From: Bdellovibrionales bacterium
Lineage (GTDB): Bacteria; Bdellovibrionota; Bdellovibrionia; Bdellovibrionales; JAUICD01
Direction of reading: 5' to 3'
Assembly (NCBI GenBank): GCA_965197425.1
Contig: CBDANC010000012.1
Location: 1 to 64,000 of the forward strand
DNA length: 64,000 nucleotides
A model generated the notes under the pieces. That model did no database searches and had not been told where the DNA came from. It saw only the letters and a list, made by a program, of their open reading frames with translations. How positions within the stretch are numbered: the first letter of the stretch is position 1; each line of letters opens with the position of its first letter. The position numbers and the translations under genes are program-made. Of the stretch, positions 1 through 10,035 are shown in pieces.

Positions 1-205
1 TGCTTCTGGATATACTGCGCTGATGATTGCAGTGGACGAAAATGAGATAGAAATTGTTGAAACTTTATTACAAGATCCTAAAATAGATACTACCTTAAAA
101 GGGTATATTGGAAAAACAGCTTTTGATTTAGCAAAAGAAAATAATTTCGAAGAAATTGTAGTATTATTTGAACTTCATGAAAATAGATATAGTGCGACTA
201 GATAA
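1..205 (+). CDS. Ankyrin-repeat protein, C-terminal part (truncated by window edge)
   Basis: Frame is open from the window start; ankyrin motifs GYTALMIA and GKTAFDLA. Confidence 0.8.
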   Translation, partial: ASGYTALMIAVDENEIEIVETLLQDPKIDTTLKGYIGKTAFDLAKENNFEEIVVLFELHENRYSATR

Positions 206-586
206 TTGTATTCACTCTTCAAAATAAATAAAAATCATTTTTATATTTATTCAAACTATACTGGTTATGTTGTTCATTTAGTAATAGGTTCTTTCAATAA
301 TATACGCCAGCTCGTTTTAATGCTTCAAAATAATAAAACTAGTCATAACGCCTAGATGTATTGTATTTTTTTACTAAAATGATTTAAATTAGTCTTATAA
401 GATAAAGATATTACAGAATAATTATAATTTTGTTATAAATTCTATTGCCTTTTATATCCAACAGAAATGTCTAGGTGTTCAAAAAATTGAGTAGTATTTT
501 TTATTGATTAGATACAAACTATCAGCTTTTGAAGTTTTAAATATTTAGTGGTTTACGAAAAATAATAAAGGCAAGGTAGTCTATCG

Positions 587-1567
587 ATGTTTCTAGGCAT
601 ATGTTATATTTTAATTAGTTCACTTTGTTTTTCACTTGTGTTTGTTTGTGTTAAAGCCAGTGATGGCATTTTTTCTCTATACCAAGTGGCTTTTATAAGA
701 GGCATTATCAATGCTATCTTGGCGTTTTCCTACCTAAAATTTTTAAGAGTAGAAGTTGTTTTGAAAAAACCCTTAGGAATATACATCAGGTGTATTGCAG
801 GTTTAATCTCTATGCTCTTTTACTTTAAAAGCTTGAGAATGCTTAGCTTAGGTGATGCGGTTACTATTAACTCTACCACACCTCTTTTTATGACTATTTT
901 GCTTATTTTGTTGGGTATTCCACGTCCAAAAAAAATATCTTGGCTTTTGGTTGGTATAGGTTTTGTGGGGGTAGTAATTTTGCTTAAACCAGAGATGGGA
1001 ATTTTTAATCAAAATGCAGTATGGGGTCTTATAGCAGTAGTATTTTTAACTGTTGTATTTACAGCTCTACATCATGTATCCAGAACTTATCATCCAGAGC
1101 AAATCGTACTATATTTTTCCACATTTATTTGTATTACAATGCTTCCATTTGTTTCCACTTTCAGTATGCCAAGTAATACTTTGGAGTGGGGTATATTGTT
1201 AGGTATTGGCGTTTTAGGCTCGTTAGGACAGGCACTGTTTACTAGAGGCCTAAAGTTGGTTCCTCTTATAATTGCAAGTCAGGCAATAAATCTTACCATT
1301 TTAATCTCCATTAGTTTTGGTCTGCTATTTTTTGATGAACACCTGTCTTATAACTACTTTATAGGATTTGGCTTAATAATAACCGCATGTTCTTGGCTTT
1401 ATGCAAACAATAGAAAAGAGCAAAGTAGAATAAAGTGGGAAAAAATATATCAAGCCCTAAACATAAGTATTAAGAAAAATAGAAGAAAGAAAGCTCGTAG
1501 AAAAGCTCTAAAAAAGAGCATGGTTGTTGCAGATTCTGGTCAGATTGATATTACAGGTTTTAAATAG
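587..1567 (+). CDS. DMT/EamA-family transporter with basic C-terminal tail
   Basis: About 10 hydrophobic segments, EamA-like motifs (TTPLF, LLKP); stop overlaps the convergent gene end. Confidence 0.8.
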   Translation: MFLGICYILISSLCFSLVFVCVKASDGIFSLYQVAFIRGIINAILAFSYLKFLRVEVVLKKPLGIYIRCIAGLISMLFYFKSLRMLSLGDAVTINSTTPLFMTILLILLGIPRPKKISWLLVGIGFVGVVILLKPEMGIFNQNAVWGLIAVVFLTVVFTALHHVSRTYHPEQIVLYFSTFICITMLPFVSTFSMPSNTLEWGILLGIGVLGSLGQALFTRGLKLVPLIIASQAINLTILISISFGLLFFDEHLSYNYFIGFGLIITACSWLYANNRKEQSRIKWEKIYQALNISIKKNRRKKARRKALKKSMVVADSGQIDITGFK

Positions 1568-2619
1568 GAAATGTTCTGTGCCTTACTCCATGAGCGTAGT
1601 TCTCTTTTACGCTGTTTGCTGTTGTTTTGATAAACCTGGCATTCTGTCTTAATTCATCAAGATTTAGTGCATTTAGATAGCTCATACCACTTCGTATCCC
1701 ACCGCAGAGTTCATGTATCACATCCTTCAAATGACCCTTAACTGGAACAAATGTTGCCTCACCTTCAGGTGCCATGCCCTGTGGTAACTCTCCACGCCAT
1801 GAGACCTGAGCGGCCTTAGAGGCCATTCCTCTGTATTGTTTTTTACCGCCTTTAATTTCACCAGGGGTTTCAATGGTTCCGGCAATTAAGCCTCCTAGCA
1901 TAACGCAGCTAGCTCCAGCTGCTATGGCCTTTACGATATCTCCAGAAGTTCTGATTCCACCATCTGCTATTAAAGGAATGTCTCCTGAGGCCTCTTTACA
2001 TATTGCAATTGCTGTCAGTTGTGGTACTCCACAGCCTGTTATTATTCTGGTGGTACACATAGAACCAGGTCCTATACCAACCTTAACTGCGTCACTACCT
2101 GCCTCAATTAGTGCATGAGTTCCTTCCCTAGTGGCTACATTTCCTGATATGACCTTCACATCTGGGTATTTGTCTTTTAAGTATTTGATAGTATCTAGCA
2201 TATTAACAGAGTGGCCATGAGCTATGTCCACAGTTAGTACCTTAACATTGGCTTTTACCAAAAAAATCTGCCCTCTTTTTCCAATCAGAATTTACACCAA
2301 TGCTAGCTGCTATGCACTTTACACCAGAGCCATGGGCTTTTTTCACTTCGTTAACTTGATCCTCAATACTTATAAAGCGATGTAGGATTCCAAAACCATC
2401 CAATTCATCCATTGCCACCAGCATGTCAGATTCAGTTATGGTATCCATGTTTGAGCTGATAATAGGTATATCTCTAAAAATTCCTTTGATAATTTCAGAG
2501 GATAAAACTGGATCTTTTCTAGATTTTACTTCAGATTTTGTAGGGGCAATAAGCACATCATCAAATGTTAGTCCGCAGTCCTGGTTTGGTATGTCTTTTC
2601 TTTCAAAAATTAAGCTCAT
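1560..2619 (-). pseudogene. guaB: IMP dehydrogenase/GMP reductase-family gene without CBS domains, split by a 1-nt frameshift at a T7 tract (2260-2266)
   Basis: N-part 2242-2619 (GLTFDDVLI, SSNMDT) and C-part 1560-2261 ([23 protein letters not shown]); removing one T joins them. guaB versus guaC cannot be resolved by eye. Confidence 0.75.
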
Positions 2620-2650
2620 ATGTTTTATCTCTAAAAAGTTTTGGATTTAT

Positions 2651-3373
2651 CTAAATTGTCTCTTCTTCAAAACCTTCTTCCAGCACTTCGTAAATGCTAA
2701 GAAAGCCAAATGTAGTAACTAAGCCAAACATTACATTAAACAACGGATACATCAACCAATTTAGAACAGAGGTAAAGTCTAACAATGTTATGCTTACAAA
2801 GTAAAGTAACAACAATATAATAAGTAGTACTAAATTGTTCCAAAAATAACCTTTTGTAAGCAAGAAGGAATAGCTTATTGAGTCTAAATCGTTTTTTTTA
2901 TCTTTATCTTGTGCAATACAAGGTACCAAAAACAGCTTTATGTACAAATACACGCCAGGAATAATCAAAAGCAAAAAACCTGCTAAAATCAGAAAACATG
3001 CCTTGGTTGTATCCCAAATGACCTTTAACAGATGCTCTTTAAGATAAGATATCAAATCTTTAAAGTTAAAAGCAGTAGGTAGCTCGTACTTATTTCTTAG
3101 AACTCTATCTGTCTTTATTAAGTAAAGTGTAATAGTAAGGATAAGTATAAATCCAAAATAATTCAACAGCGCAGCTAATACACTAAATATAAAGCCAGCT
3201 GCGTGAATGCCAGTGCTGTTTGCAGCTTTTAGCACTATAAATTCAAACAGGTAAAAAGGGACACCTACTGCCAGTATTACAAGAAAGTTTTGTTGCCTAT
3301 TTTTGCTTGTACAAAATTGCGATAGCTCATCGATAACTTTTGTAAATACAGCATTTATAAAATCCATGTTCAT
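2651..3373 (-). CDS. Hypothetical integral membrane protein
   Basis: 240 aa, several TM segments, LLIIPG motif; directly upstream of guaB on the same strand. Confidence 0.65.
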   Translation of the reverse strand: MNMDFINAVFTKVIDELSQFCTSKNRQQNFLVILAVGVPFYLFEFIVLKAANSTGIHAAGFIFSVLAALLNYFGFILILTITLYLIKTDRVLRNKYELPTAFNFKDLISYLKEHLLKVIWDTTKACFLILAGFLLLIIPGVYLYIKLFLVPCIAQDKDKKNDLDSISYSFLLTKGYFWNNLVLLIILLLLYFVSITLLDFTSVLNWLMYPLFNVMFGLVTTFGFLSIYEVLEEGFEEETI

Positions 3374-3468
3374 ATCTTAATAATATATCGTTGATATAAC
3401 ATTTATCGTTGGTTTACCGCAGTATATATTGAAAGGCACGCAAAAAGGTGATTGATATGCTATGGCGT

Positions 3469-3557
3469 GCCTGAGTGGCGGAATTGGTAGACGCACAGGA
3501 CTTAAAATCCTGAGACCGTTACTGGTCGTGCCAGTTCAAGTCTGGCCTCAGGCACCA
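3469..3557 (+). tRNA. tRNA-Leu (TAA)
   Basis: GCCTGAG...CTCAGGCACCA acceptor stem, anticodon arm CAGGA-CTTAAAA-TCCTG, long variable arm, GTTCAAG T-loop. Confidence 0.97.
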
Positions 3558-3607
3558 TTAACATTGGCTGAATCAGTGCTATAGCTTGCCTTGGTATTAG
3601 GCGGGAG

Positions 3608-3675
3608 AGCTGGGCAACCACTCGGCTAAAAAAAGCAAACAAGTTTACTTGTTTTTAGCCTCACTGGAAGACCTT
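3608..3675 (+). repeat. Modular hairpin repeat, frame A with cargo C1
   Basis: AGCTGGGCAACCACTCGG left end, GGAAGACCTT right end, stem GGCTAAAAA/TTTTTAGCC. Confidence 0.9.
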
Positions 3676-3896
3676 TAGGATCCTTTTTTGTTTTTGTTGC
3701 AACCACAAGAAGATTTGCCAGCAACTTTGCCTGCAGCTTTTTTCTTGCCTTTACAACCGCAAGAATCACCACAACCTGCTTTCTTAGCAGTCAATGCCTT
3801 TGCACTATCCATTGCTCGTGAATCAGCAGTTGAGTCCATGGTTTTGCAAGAAATATTAAGCATTCCTATAACAGCTAAACATAAAAATAATCTCAT
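3675..3896 (-). CDS. Small Cys/Lys-rich putative lipoprotein
   Basis: AGGAG RBS, hydrophobic leader ending in ISC, CGDSCGC and SSCGC motifs. Confidence 0.65.
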   Translation of the reverse strand: MRLFLCLAVIGMLNISCKTMDSTADSRAMDSAKALTAKKAGCGDSCGCKGKKKAAGKVAGKSSCGCNKNKKGS

Positions 3897-4119
3897 ATAC
3901 GCTCCTTTAAAAAATTCTATGTCCTAAATACAAGGACAAACAATTATAGGTATACATATATTTTTTTGTAAAGATCTAATAAAAGTAGTTAACTTGTTAA
4001 AAAGATATATGAGCAAAACCAGGCTTAGCTATCGATATTCATATAACTAAAGTACAATAGTTTTAGTAAGTTAAACAATTTATTTAGTATAGTGCTTTAA
4101 AATTAAACGCCCTAGTGTT

Positions 4120-4659
4120 TTATGTTATATCATGGTCCTTAAAAATTTTAGATACAGTAGCACCTCTTTGGCCTTGGTATTTTCCTTTGTATGGCACAGT
4201 CGCTTTTTTATCCATTTTACAGAATACCAACTGACATATTCTAATGCCTTTTTTAAGTTCAATAGGTACAGAGTTTGCGTTAAATAGCTCTAAGGTAATT
4301 TGCCCTTTAAATCCAGGATCAACCCATCCAGCATTTTGAATAAAAAGTCCCACTCTACCTATAGAACTCCTGCCCTCTACAAAAGCGGTTAGATCATCTG
4401 GTAATTCTATGTATTCTTCTGTGGTTGCTAACATAAAAATACCTGGTTTTAGATAAAAAACATCTTGAGTAAATTCTCTAAATTTTATGTTGGGGTCATT
4501 TAGTTTTAATTGTTGAATATTTATATGATCAAAGATCATAAAATGATCCCCAAGTCTTAAGTCAATTGAGGCAGGTTGAATATTAGCCTCTTCTAATGGA
4601 TCGATCACAAGATTTTTATTTTTTATATATGATTTTATTGTATCGTCTGACAGTATCAT
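4120..4659 (-). CDS. dcd: dCTP deaminase
   Basis: IQPASIDLRLG, EGRSSIGR, DPGFKGQITLE, YKGKYQGQ motifs. Confidence 0.93.
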   Translation of the reverse strand: MILSDDTIKSYIKNKNLVIDPLEEANIQPASIDLRLGDHFMIFDHINIQQLKLNDPNIKFREFTQDVFYLKPGIFMLATTEEYIELPDDLTAFVEGRSSIGRVGLFIQNAGWVDPGFKGQITLELFNANSVPIELKKGIRICQLVFCKMDKKATVPYKGKYQGQRGATVSKIFKDHDIT

Positions 4660-4668
4660 TTTTATTCC

Positions 4669-5388
4669 TTAATCTTTGTTATCATACCACTTCTGCATCA
4701 CTCTATAGAGTTGTTTTCTGTCCCACTTACAGTCGTGCTGTGTACGAACCCCACAGGCATTGAGATGATTTACAATATCAGTTTTACTCATATTTGCCTT
4801 TAATAGAGGTTCTATTATAACTTTCATTTTTATTGCAAATTCTTTTGCTTGAAATTTGGATTTTTTATTTCCAACCTTTCTTGCACTTTTTAATGCCTCA
4901 TAAATCTTTGGATTGCTAGCACCCAATTTAACCCCACGTTTTTTAGCTTGGGTCAAAGCTGCCTTTGTTCTTTGAGAAATTAATTCCCTTTCATGTTGGG
5001 CTATTGAGGCTATTAGATGAATGGTAAGCCTATTTGCATCAGGCATGTCAGCGCACACAAAATCAACTCCAGATTTTTCTAAAGTAGTTATAAAATGAAG
5101 ATCACGGCTTAGTCGGTCTAATTTGGCGACCAAAAGCGTTGCGTGGTTTTGTTTTGCATATTCAATAGCCGTGCCCAGTTCTGGCCTTTCAGCATTTTTC
5201 CCAGATTCGACCTCCACAAACTCTTTTAGGTTCTTGGCATTGGGAATGGTGCTAATAAAACTGTTAACAGCTTCTTTTTGGGCTGCTAAACCCAAACCGC
5301 TCTTACCTTGTTTTTGTGTTGAGACGCGATAATATACAACATACTCAACACCCAAATCCTCAGGATTGATATGTTTTGGAATAGCCAT
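4669..5388 (-). CDS. Serine recombinase (resolvase family)
   Basis: YYRVSTQKQ catalytic motif, LDRLSR, ERELISQRTK, C-terminal DNA-binding-like region. Confidence 0.9.
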   Translation of the reverse strand: MAIPKHINPEDLGVEYVVYYRVSTQKQGKSGLGLAAQKEAVNSFISTIPNAKNLKEFVEVESGKNAERPELGTAIEYAKQNHATLLVAKLDRLSRDLHFITTLEKSGVDFVCADMPDANRLTIHLIASIAQHERELISQRTKAALTQAKKRGVKLGASNPKIYEALKSARKVGNKKSKFQAKEFAIKMKVIIEPLLKANMSKTDIVNHLNACGVRTQHDCKWDRKQLYRVMQKWYDNKD

Positions 5389-5633
5389 AATAATACATTA
5401 TGGCCTATAAATTATTAAAATAAAACGGGTTTTAAGTCTAAATCCCTTAACACCAGTTAATAAAAAAATGTCTCACTCTGGATCGTTTGGGAAAATTGTT
5501 ATTGTACAATAACCAGGTGTCACAAATTAGAGGATTTTTTTGGAAAAAGAAAAAGTCATGATCTATAAGTTTTCATTATAATAGACAAAAATTTGTCACA
5601 AAATATGATATGCTCTTTTATCCCATTATTTTA

Positions 5634-6743
5634 TTATCTAGGAGACTTATTTCTTAGAAATCTTTTGTAGTGCCTGTCTATTATGCGACTTTGGTTTATG
5701 CTTCCTACGGACCCAATTCTTTGGTCGGCTACTTCATTGGCTGCTTCATTAGTGGAGCAATTTTTGTTTTTGGCAATTGTGTAAATTTTGAAGATATTAT
5801 TGTATATTCTATTTACTAACTCTAGAGCACGTTTGCTTGAATAGCCTTCCAGTTCAACATATACATTCATCAGACCACCTGCGTTTACTATATAGTCTGG
5901 TGCATATAAGATTCCTCTATCAGCCAATGATTTTCCATGTCTTTCTTCAACTAATTGATTGTTAGCTCCGCCAGCTATTATTTTAGTTTTTAATTTTGGT
6001 ATGGTTTGATCGTCAAACAGTCCTCCCAATGCACAAGGTGCGAGTATGTCACATTCTTCGAACAATATTTTGTTAGATGAAACAATTTTTGCATTTGTTT
6101 TTTGAGCAATTGCTTTTGTCAGATCTTCATCTATATCTGATATAATGAGATTTACACCTTGTTCATGCAGATACGATGCCAGATGAGATCCAACACTTCC
6201 AATACCTTGAATAGCGGCGGTCATGCCTTTTAATTTTTTTTTGTTATATTTGAAAAATACACTTGCTTCTATACCTTTCAAAACACCTATTGCAGTATAT
6301 GGACTTGGATCACCAGAGCCACCTAGCTCCATAGAAATTCCTGTAACCCAAGGAGTTTCTATATGGATATTTTCCATGTCTTCAACGCTTGTACCTACAT
6401 CTTCTGCAGTGATATATTTTCCATTTAATGAATTTACAAATTGTCCAAATGCTCTAAAAATTAACTCAGTATTGAGTTTTTTTTTGTCTCCAATAATAAC
6501 TGCCTTCCCACCACCTAAATTAAGTCCAGATGCGGCAGCTTTATATGTCATGCCCTTTGATAGCCTTAAAACATCAGTTAAAGCTTCCTCTTCTGAGTTA
6601 TAGTTCCAAAACCTCACACCTCCCAAGGCCGGGCCTAAACTTGTATTGTGTATTGCAATAATGGCTTTAAGACCTGCATCTTTGTTATAACACATTGTGA
6701 CCTGTTCATGTTCGCCACTGGATATTATTTTATCAAAAACCAT
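5634..6743 (-). CDS. Glu/Leu/Phe/Val dehydrogenase (leucine dehydrogenase-like)
   Basis: LGPALGGVR, GGGKAVI, TAEDVG, GIGSVG, GGANNQL, NAGG motifs. Confidence 0.92.
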   Translation of the reverse strand: MVFDKIISSGEHEQVTMCYNKDAGLKAIIAIHNTSLGPALGGVRFWNYNSEEEALTDVLRLSKGMTYKAAASGLNLGGGKAVIIGDKKKLNTELIFRAFGQFVNSLNGKYITAEDVGTSVEDMENIHIETPWVTGISMELGGSGDPSPYTAIGVLKGIEASVFFKYNKKKLKGMTAAIQGIGSVGSHLASYLHEQGVNLIISDIDEDLTKAIAQKTNAKIVSSNKILFEECDILAPCALGGLFDDQTIPKLKTKIIAGGANNQLVEERHGKSLADRGILYAPDYIVNAGGLMNVYVELEGYSSKRALELVNRIYNNIFKIYTIAKNKNCSTNEAANEVADQRIGSVGSINQSRIIDRHYKRFLRNKSPR

Positions 6744-6972
6744 ACATACTCTCCAAAAACTAAGGTGTTACAAACCCTATAGACTATACACTACAAATCA
6801 GTCAAGAAACTCTTAGTTTTTGACAAGCATATTTAGGTTTATGATTATAAATTCTAAATAGTATTAAATTATTTTTTTGATACATAAAAACATATACAAA
6901 GTATCAAAGCCTATGCTGCTGATGTTAGATGGTTGTGTAGAACTGCTTGATTTTATACGATTATAGATTATA

Positions 6973-7926
6973 TTAGTGAACTACTCCTTCACTAGTTGCT
7001 CTCATCATCTCTATGAGTATACTTGTTTCTTCTTTGGATAGCTCTATGTCTCGTCTCTTCAATAATTCGTTAATAACATATGGATTCCAGTTTTCTAGTG
7101 CTCTTCGCATTGTGTTTTTTCCAAATTCATCTACTCTATTTACATCAATATTTTTGTTGGCAATTAACATTTTAAAAATATCATTTCTTCTATATTGAAC
7201 AGCAATCATTAGGGCAGTACGGCCAAGTAAACTTTCTGCATTTATAGTTAAATTGGATCTTTCTAACAAGGATTGTGCAACGCCGGGGTCCTTATTAAAA
7301 TTTGCCAGCATAAGAGGTGTCATGTCATTGCTGTCTTGAGCATTTATGTTAATTTTATCTACGCTTAATAAGGTTTGTACGGTTTTCTTGCTACCAAAAT
7401 TTGAAACTATATGAAGAGCTGTTTTATTTTTTTTGTAGGTTGATAAGTTTACACCTTGGCTTTGTGACTTAAATTGATGATTGTAGCTATTTACTATCAT
7501 TGTAATAATGTCAGCGTCATTATTAATAGCCGCCCATATCAATGCAGTTCTACCTACCCTGTCTTGAGCATTTATATTTAAGTCAGTACGATTTAATAAA
7601 ACTTGAGTAACACTTTTGTTTCTATTCATTACTGCTATCATTAGGGGAGTCCACTTAGGTAAAACAATCAGTTTCGTGTTTACATCGATACCTTCATTTA
7701 ACAATCGGTTTAAGTGTTCTGCCTCATCATAAATTACTGCAGTCAATATGTCGTTAATAGGGCCTGTTGGCTTTGTTAAAGAATTTTGGCATTCATTGTA
7801 ATTAGCTTCTTGGTGAGAGTTCGATATAATAGGAAGTAAAATCGATAACATAAAACTACTTTTGCACAAAATTTTGTAGTATGGAGATTTAAAGGGCAGT
7901 TTTAGAATTTTAGTTTTTTTTTTCAT
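6973..7926 (-). CDS. Ankyrin-repeat protein
   Basis: Repeated TPLMIA/GRTALIWA/TALHI/TPLMLA/GRTALMIA motifs. Confidence 0.88.
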   Translation of the reverse strand: MKKKTKILKLPFKSPYYKILCKSSFMLSILLPIISNSHQEANYNECQNSLTKPTGPINDILTAVIYDEAEHLNRLLNEGIDVNTKLIVLPKWTPLMIAVMNRNKSVTQVLLNRTDLNINAQDRVGRTALIWAAINNDADIITMIVNSYNHQFKSQSQGVNLSTYKKNKTALHIVSNFGSKKTVQTLLSVDKININAQDSNDMTPLMLANFNKDPGVAQSLLERSNLTINAESLLGRTALMIAVQYRRNDIFKMLIANKNIDVNRVDEFGKNTMRRALENWNPYVINELLKRRDIELSKEETSILIEMMRATSEGVVH

Positions 7927-8125
7927 ATAGCTGAGAGTATTCTTTAATTGTTAGTAATTTGAATATGTTTTGTATTTTATTGTCTAAAAAGTTTTTGTTA
8001 TCAGAGTATGTAGTGGTAATCTCTCTTTGTCAATTAGCTTGTTTCAGTGTCTTATTGTTATAAATTATAATATATCCTATTATAGCTATGTTTGCTCTTT
8101 CAAATTGTAGATATTACTAATTGAT

Positions 8126-8356
8126 GTGTTAAAGATATTATTGCAAAGTACTAACATTCAGGTAAATGCAGAAGATAATTTGGACAACACTGCTCTTAGT
8201 TTAGCCAGGTACAAAGAGGTAGCCGCTGCTATTATTGTATTTTATTATGATATAAATCATCAAAATAATTCTGGTAGTACTGCCTTTAATTTGGCAATTG
8301 AAAATGATATCAATAGGACTGTATCAAATTTAAAGAATGAATCCAAACTAAATTAA
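8126..8356 (+). pseudogene. Short or degenerate ankyrin-repeat fragment
   Basis: VNAEDNLDNTALSLA and INHQNNSGSTAFNLA; only about 2 repeats, weak start. Confidence 0.55.
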
Positions 8357-8357
8357 T

Positions 8358-10034
8358 TTACATTTTATCTGGGATTGGAACGCCTAGAATATTTAAACCT
8401 TTTGTTAATATTTTTTCTACACAATAAACCAGTGCTAATCTAGTTTGCTTTAATTTGGTATCCTCGCATAAAACTTTTTTTGAGTTATAAAAATGGCTAA
8501 ACATTTTGCATATTTTTAACAGGTATTGTGCAAGTATATGAGGTTTGAAATTTTGCCATGAGTTTTCTAAAGTTTCATCGAATGACAACAGGTACAAACA
8601 TAATTCATATTCAATATCATTTTCATCAAAATTAGAAAACTCACCTTTGTATTTTGCTAATATACTTCTGGATCTGATTAAGGAGTATTGCACATAAGGG
8701 CCGCTATCACCATTAAAGTCCAAAGCTTTTTCCCATGAAAAATCAACATTTTTTACTCTGTCGTTGGCTAAATCATTAAATAAAATAGCTCCTATTCCTA
8801 CGCTTGTAGCAATTTTTTGTGTTTCTGTTATATTTGATTTTTCCTTTAATTTTTCCTTTGATATATCAATAGCTTTTTCCAAAACATCTGACATAAAAAT
8901 GACATTACCCTTTCTAGTAGACATTTTAGTGTCTTTAAATCTATAGAGTCCAAAAGATATGTGATGGCAATCTTCTGCCCAATTAAAGCCAGCCTTTTTT
9001 AAGACAGAAAAAATTTGTTTAAAATAGAGACTTTGATCAGCACCTACTACATATAAAAATATATCACCCTTAAGCTCATTTTTTCTATACATGGCATTAG
9101 CTAAATCCCTTGTTGCATATAGTGATGCTCCGTCTGACTTTTTAACTATGCAAGGAGGAATTTCATCTGATATTTTTACAACATGTGCATTTTCACTTAT
9201 CTCAATAATGTTTTTTTCTTCTAATAGATCATATATTGAATTAATTTTATTGTTGAAAAATGACTCTCCTTGAATAATATCAAATTTAATTCCCAAAAGA
9301 TCGTAGATTTTTTTATGTTCTTTTAAGGTTACTTCAACAAAATACTTCCACAAAGAAGTAACTTCTTTATCTCCTGATTCTAATTTTTTAAAACACTCTG
9401 CTCCCTTTTCATCTAAACCAGGATCGTTTAAAGCTTCTTTATGAAATCTTGTATAGATCTCATAGAGGTTTTTGAATGGTTGTTCAAAGTTATATTCATT
9501 TTTCCAGTTTAAATAACCCCATGCAAGTTTTCCAAACTGAACTCCCCAATCACCAAGGTAATTCACTCCAATAACTTCATATCCTTGAGATTTAGCCAGG
9601 TTGCATATAGCATTTCCTATAACAGTTGATCTTAGGTGTCCTATGCTTAGTGGTTTTGCGACATTAGGTGACGAATAATCAACTATTACCTTTTTTGATT
9701 TTTTAGAGAGTGGTTTGTTTAGTTTAAAAAAGTCACTATTTACAGAGTCTATTAGGTTTTTAAATAAAAACTCTGGTTTTAGTTGAAAGTTAATAAAGCC
9801 TCCGACATGTGTAACAGATTCTATGCGCTTTTTAAATTGATGGTTAGTTTGATTTATTTTATCTACAAGTGATTTTGAAAATTCTTTTGGGTTTTTAGAG
9901 AATTTAAAAATTTTTAGAGCAATCCCTCCGTGGGAGGTTTTTAGCTCTAACATGGACACAATATCTTTTTTAGATTCTTTAATACCTAAGTCTAAAATAA
10001 AATCAGCAAGCTCTAGCTTTATATTTTTTAACAT
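8358..10034 (-). CDS. argS: Arginine--tRNA ligase
   Basis: DYSSPNVAKPLSIGHLRS, GDWGVQFG, KMSTRKG, GDSGPYVQY. Confidence 0.97.
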   Translation of the reverse strand: MLKNIKLELADFILDLGIKESKKDIVSMLELKTSHGGIALKIFKFSKNPKEFSKSLVDKINQTNHQFKKRIESVTHVGGFINFQLKPEFLFKNLIDSVNSDFFKLNKPLSKKSKKVIVDYSSPNVAKPLSIGHLRSTVIGNAICNLAKSQGYEVIGVNYLGDWGVQFGKLAWGYLNWKNEYNFEQPFKNLYEIYTRFHKEALNDPGLDEKGAECFKKLESGDKEVTSLWKYFVEVTLKEHKKIYDLLGIKFDIIQGESFFNNKINSIYDLLEEKNIIEISENAHVVKISDEIPPCIVKKSDGASLYATRDLANAMYRKNELKGDIFLYVVGADQSLYFKQIFSVLKKAGFNWAEDCHHISFGLYRFKDTKMSTRKGNVIFMSDVLEKAIDISKEKLKEKSNITETQKIATSVGIGAILFNDLANDRVKNVDFSWEKALDFNGDSGPYVQYSLIRSRSILAKYKGEFSNFDENDIEYELCLYLLSFDETLENSWQNFKPHILAQYLLKICKMFSHFYNSKKVLCEDTKLKQTRLALVYCVEKILTKGLNILGVPIPDKM

Positions 10035-10035
10035 T

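Noticed and set aside
3540..5633. Prophage or integrative element at tRNA-Leu(TAA)
   Set aside because: No tRNA 3'-end duplication, tyrosine integrase or phage structural genes seen
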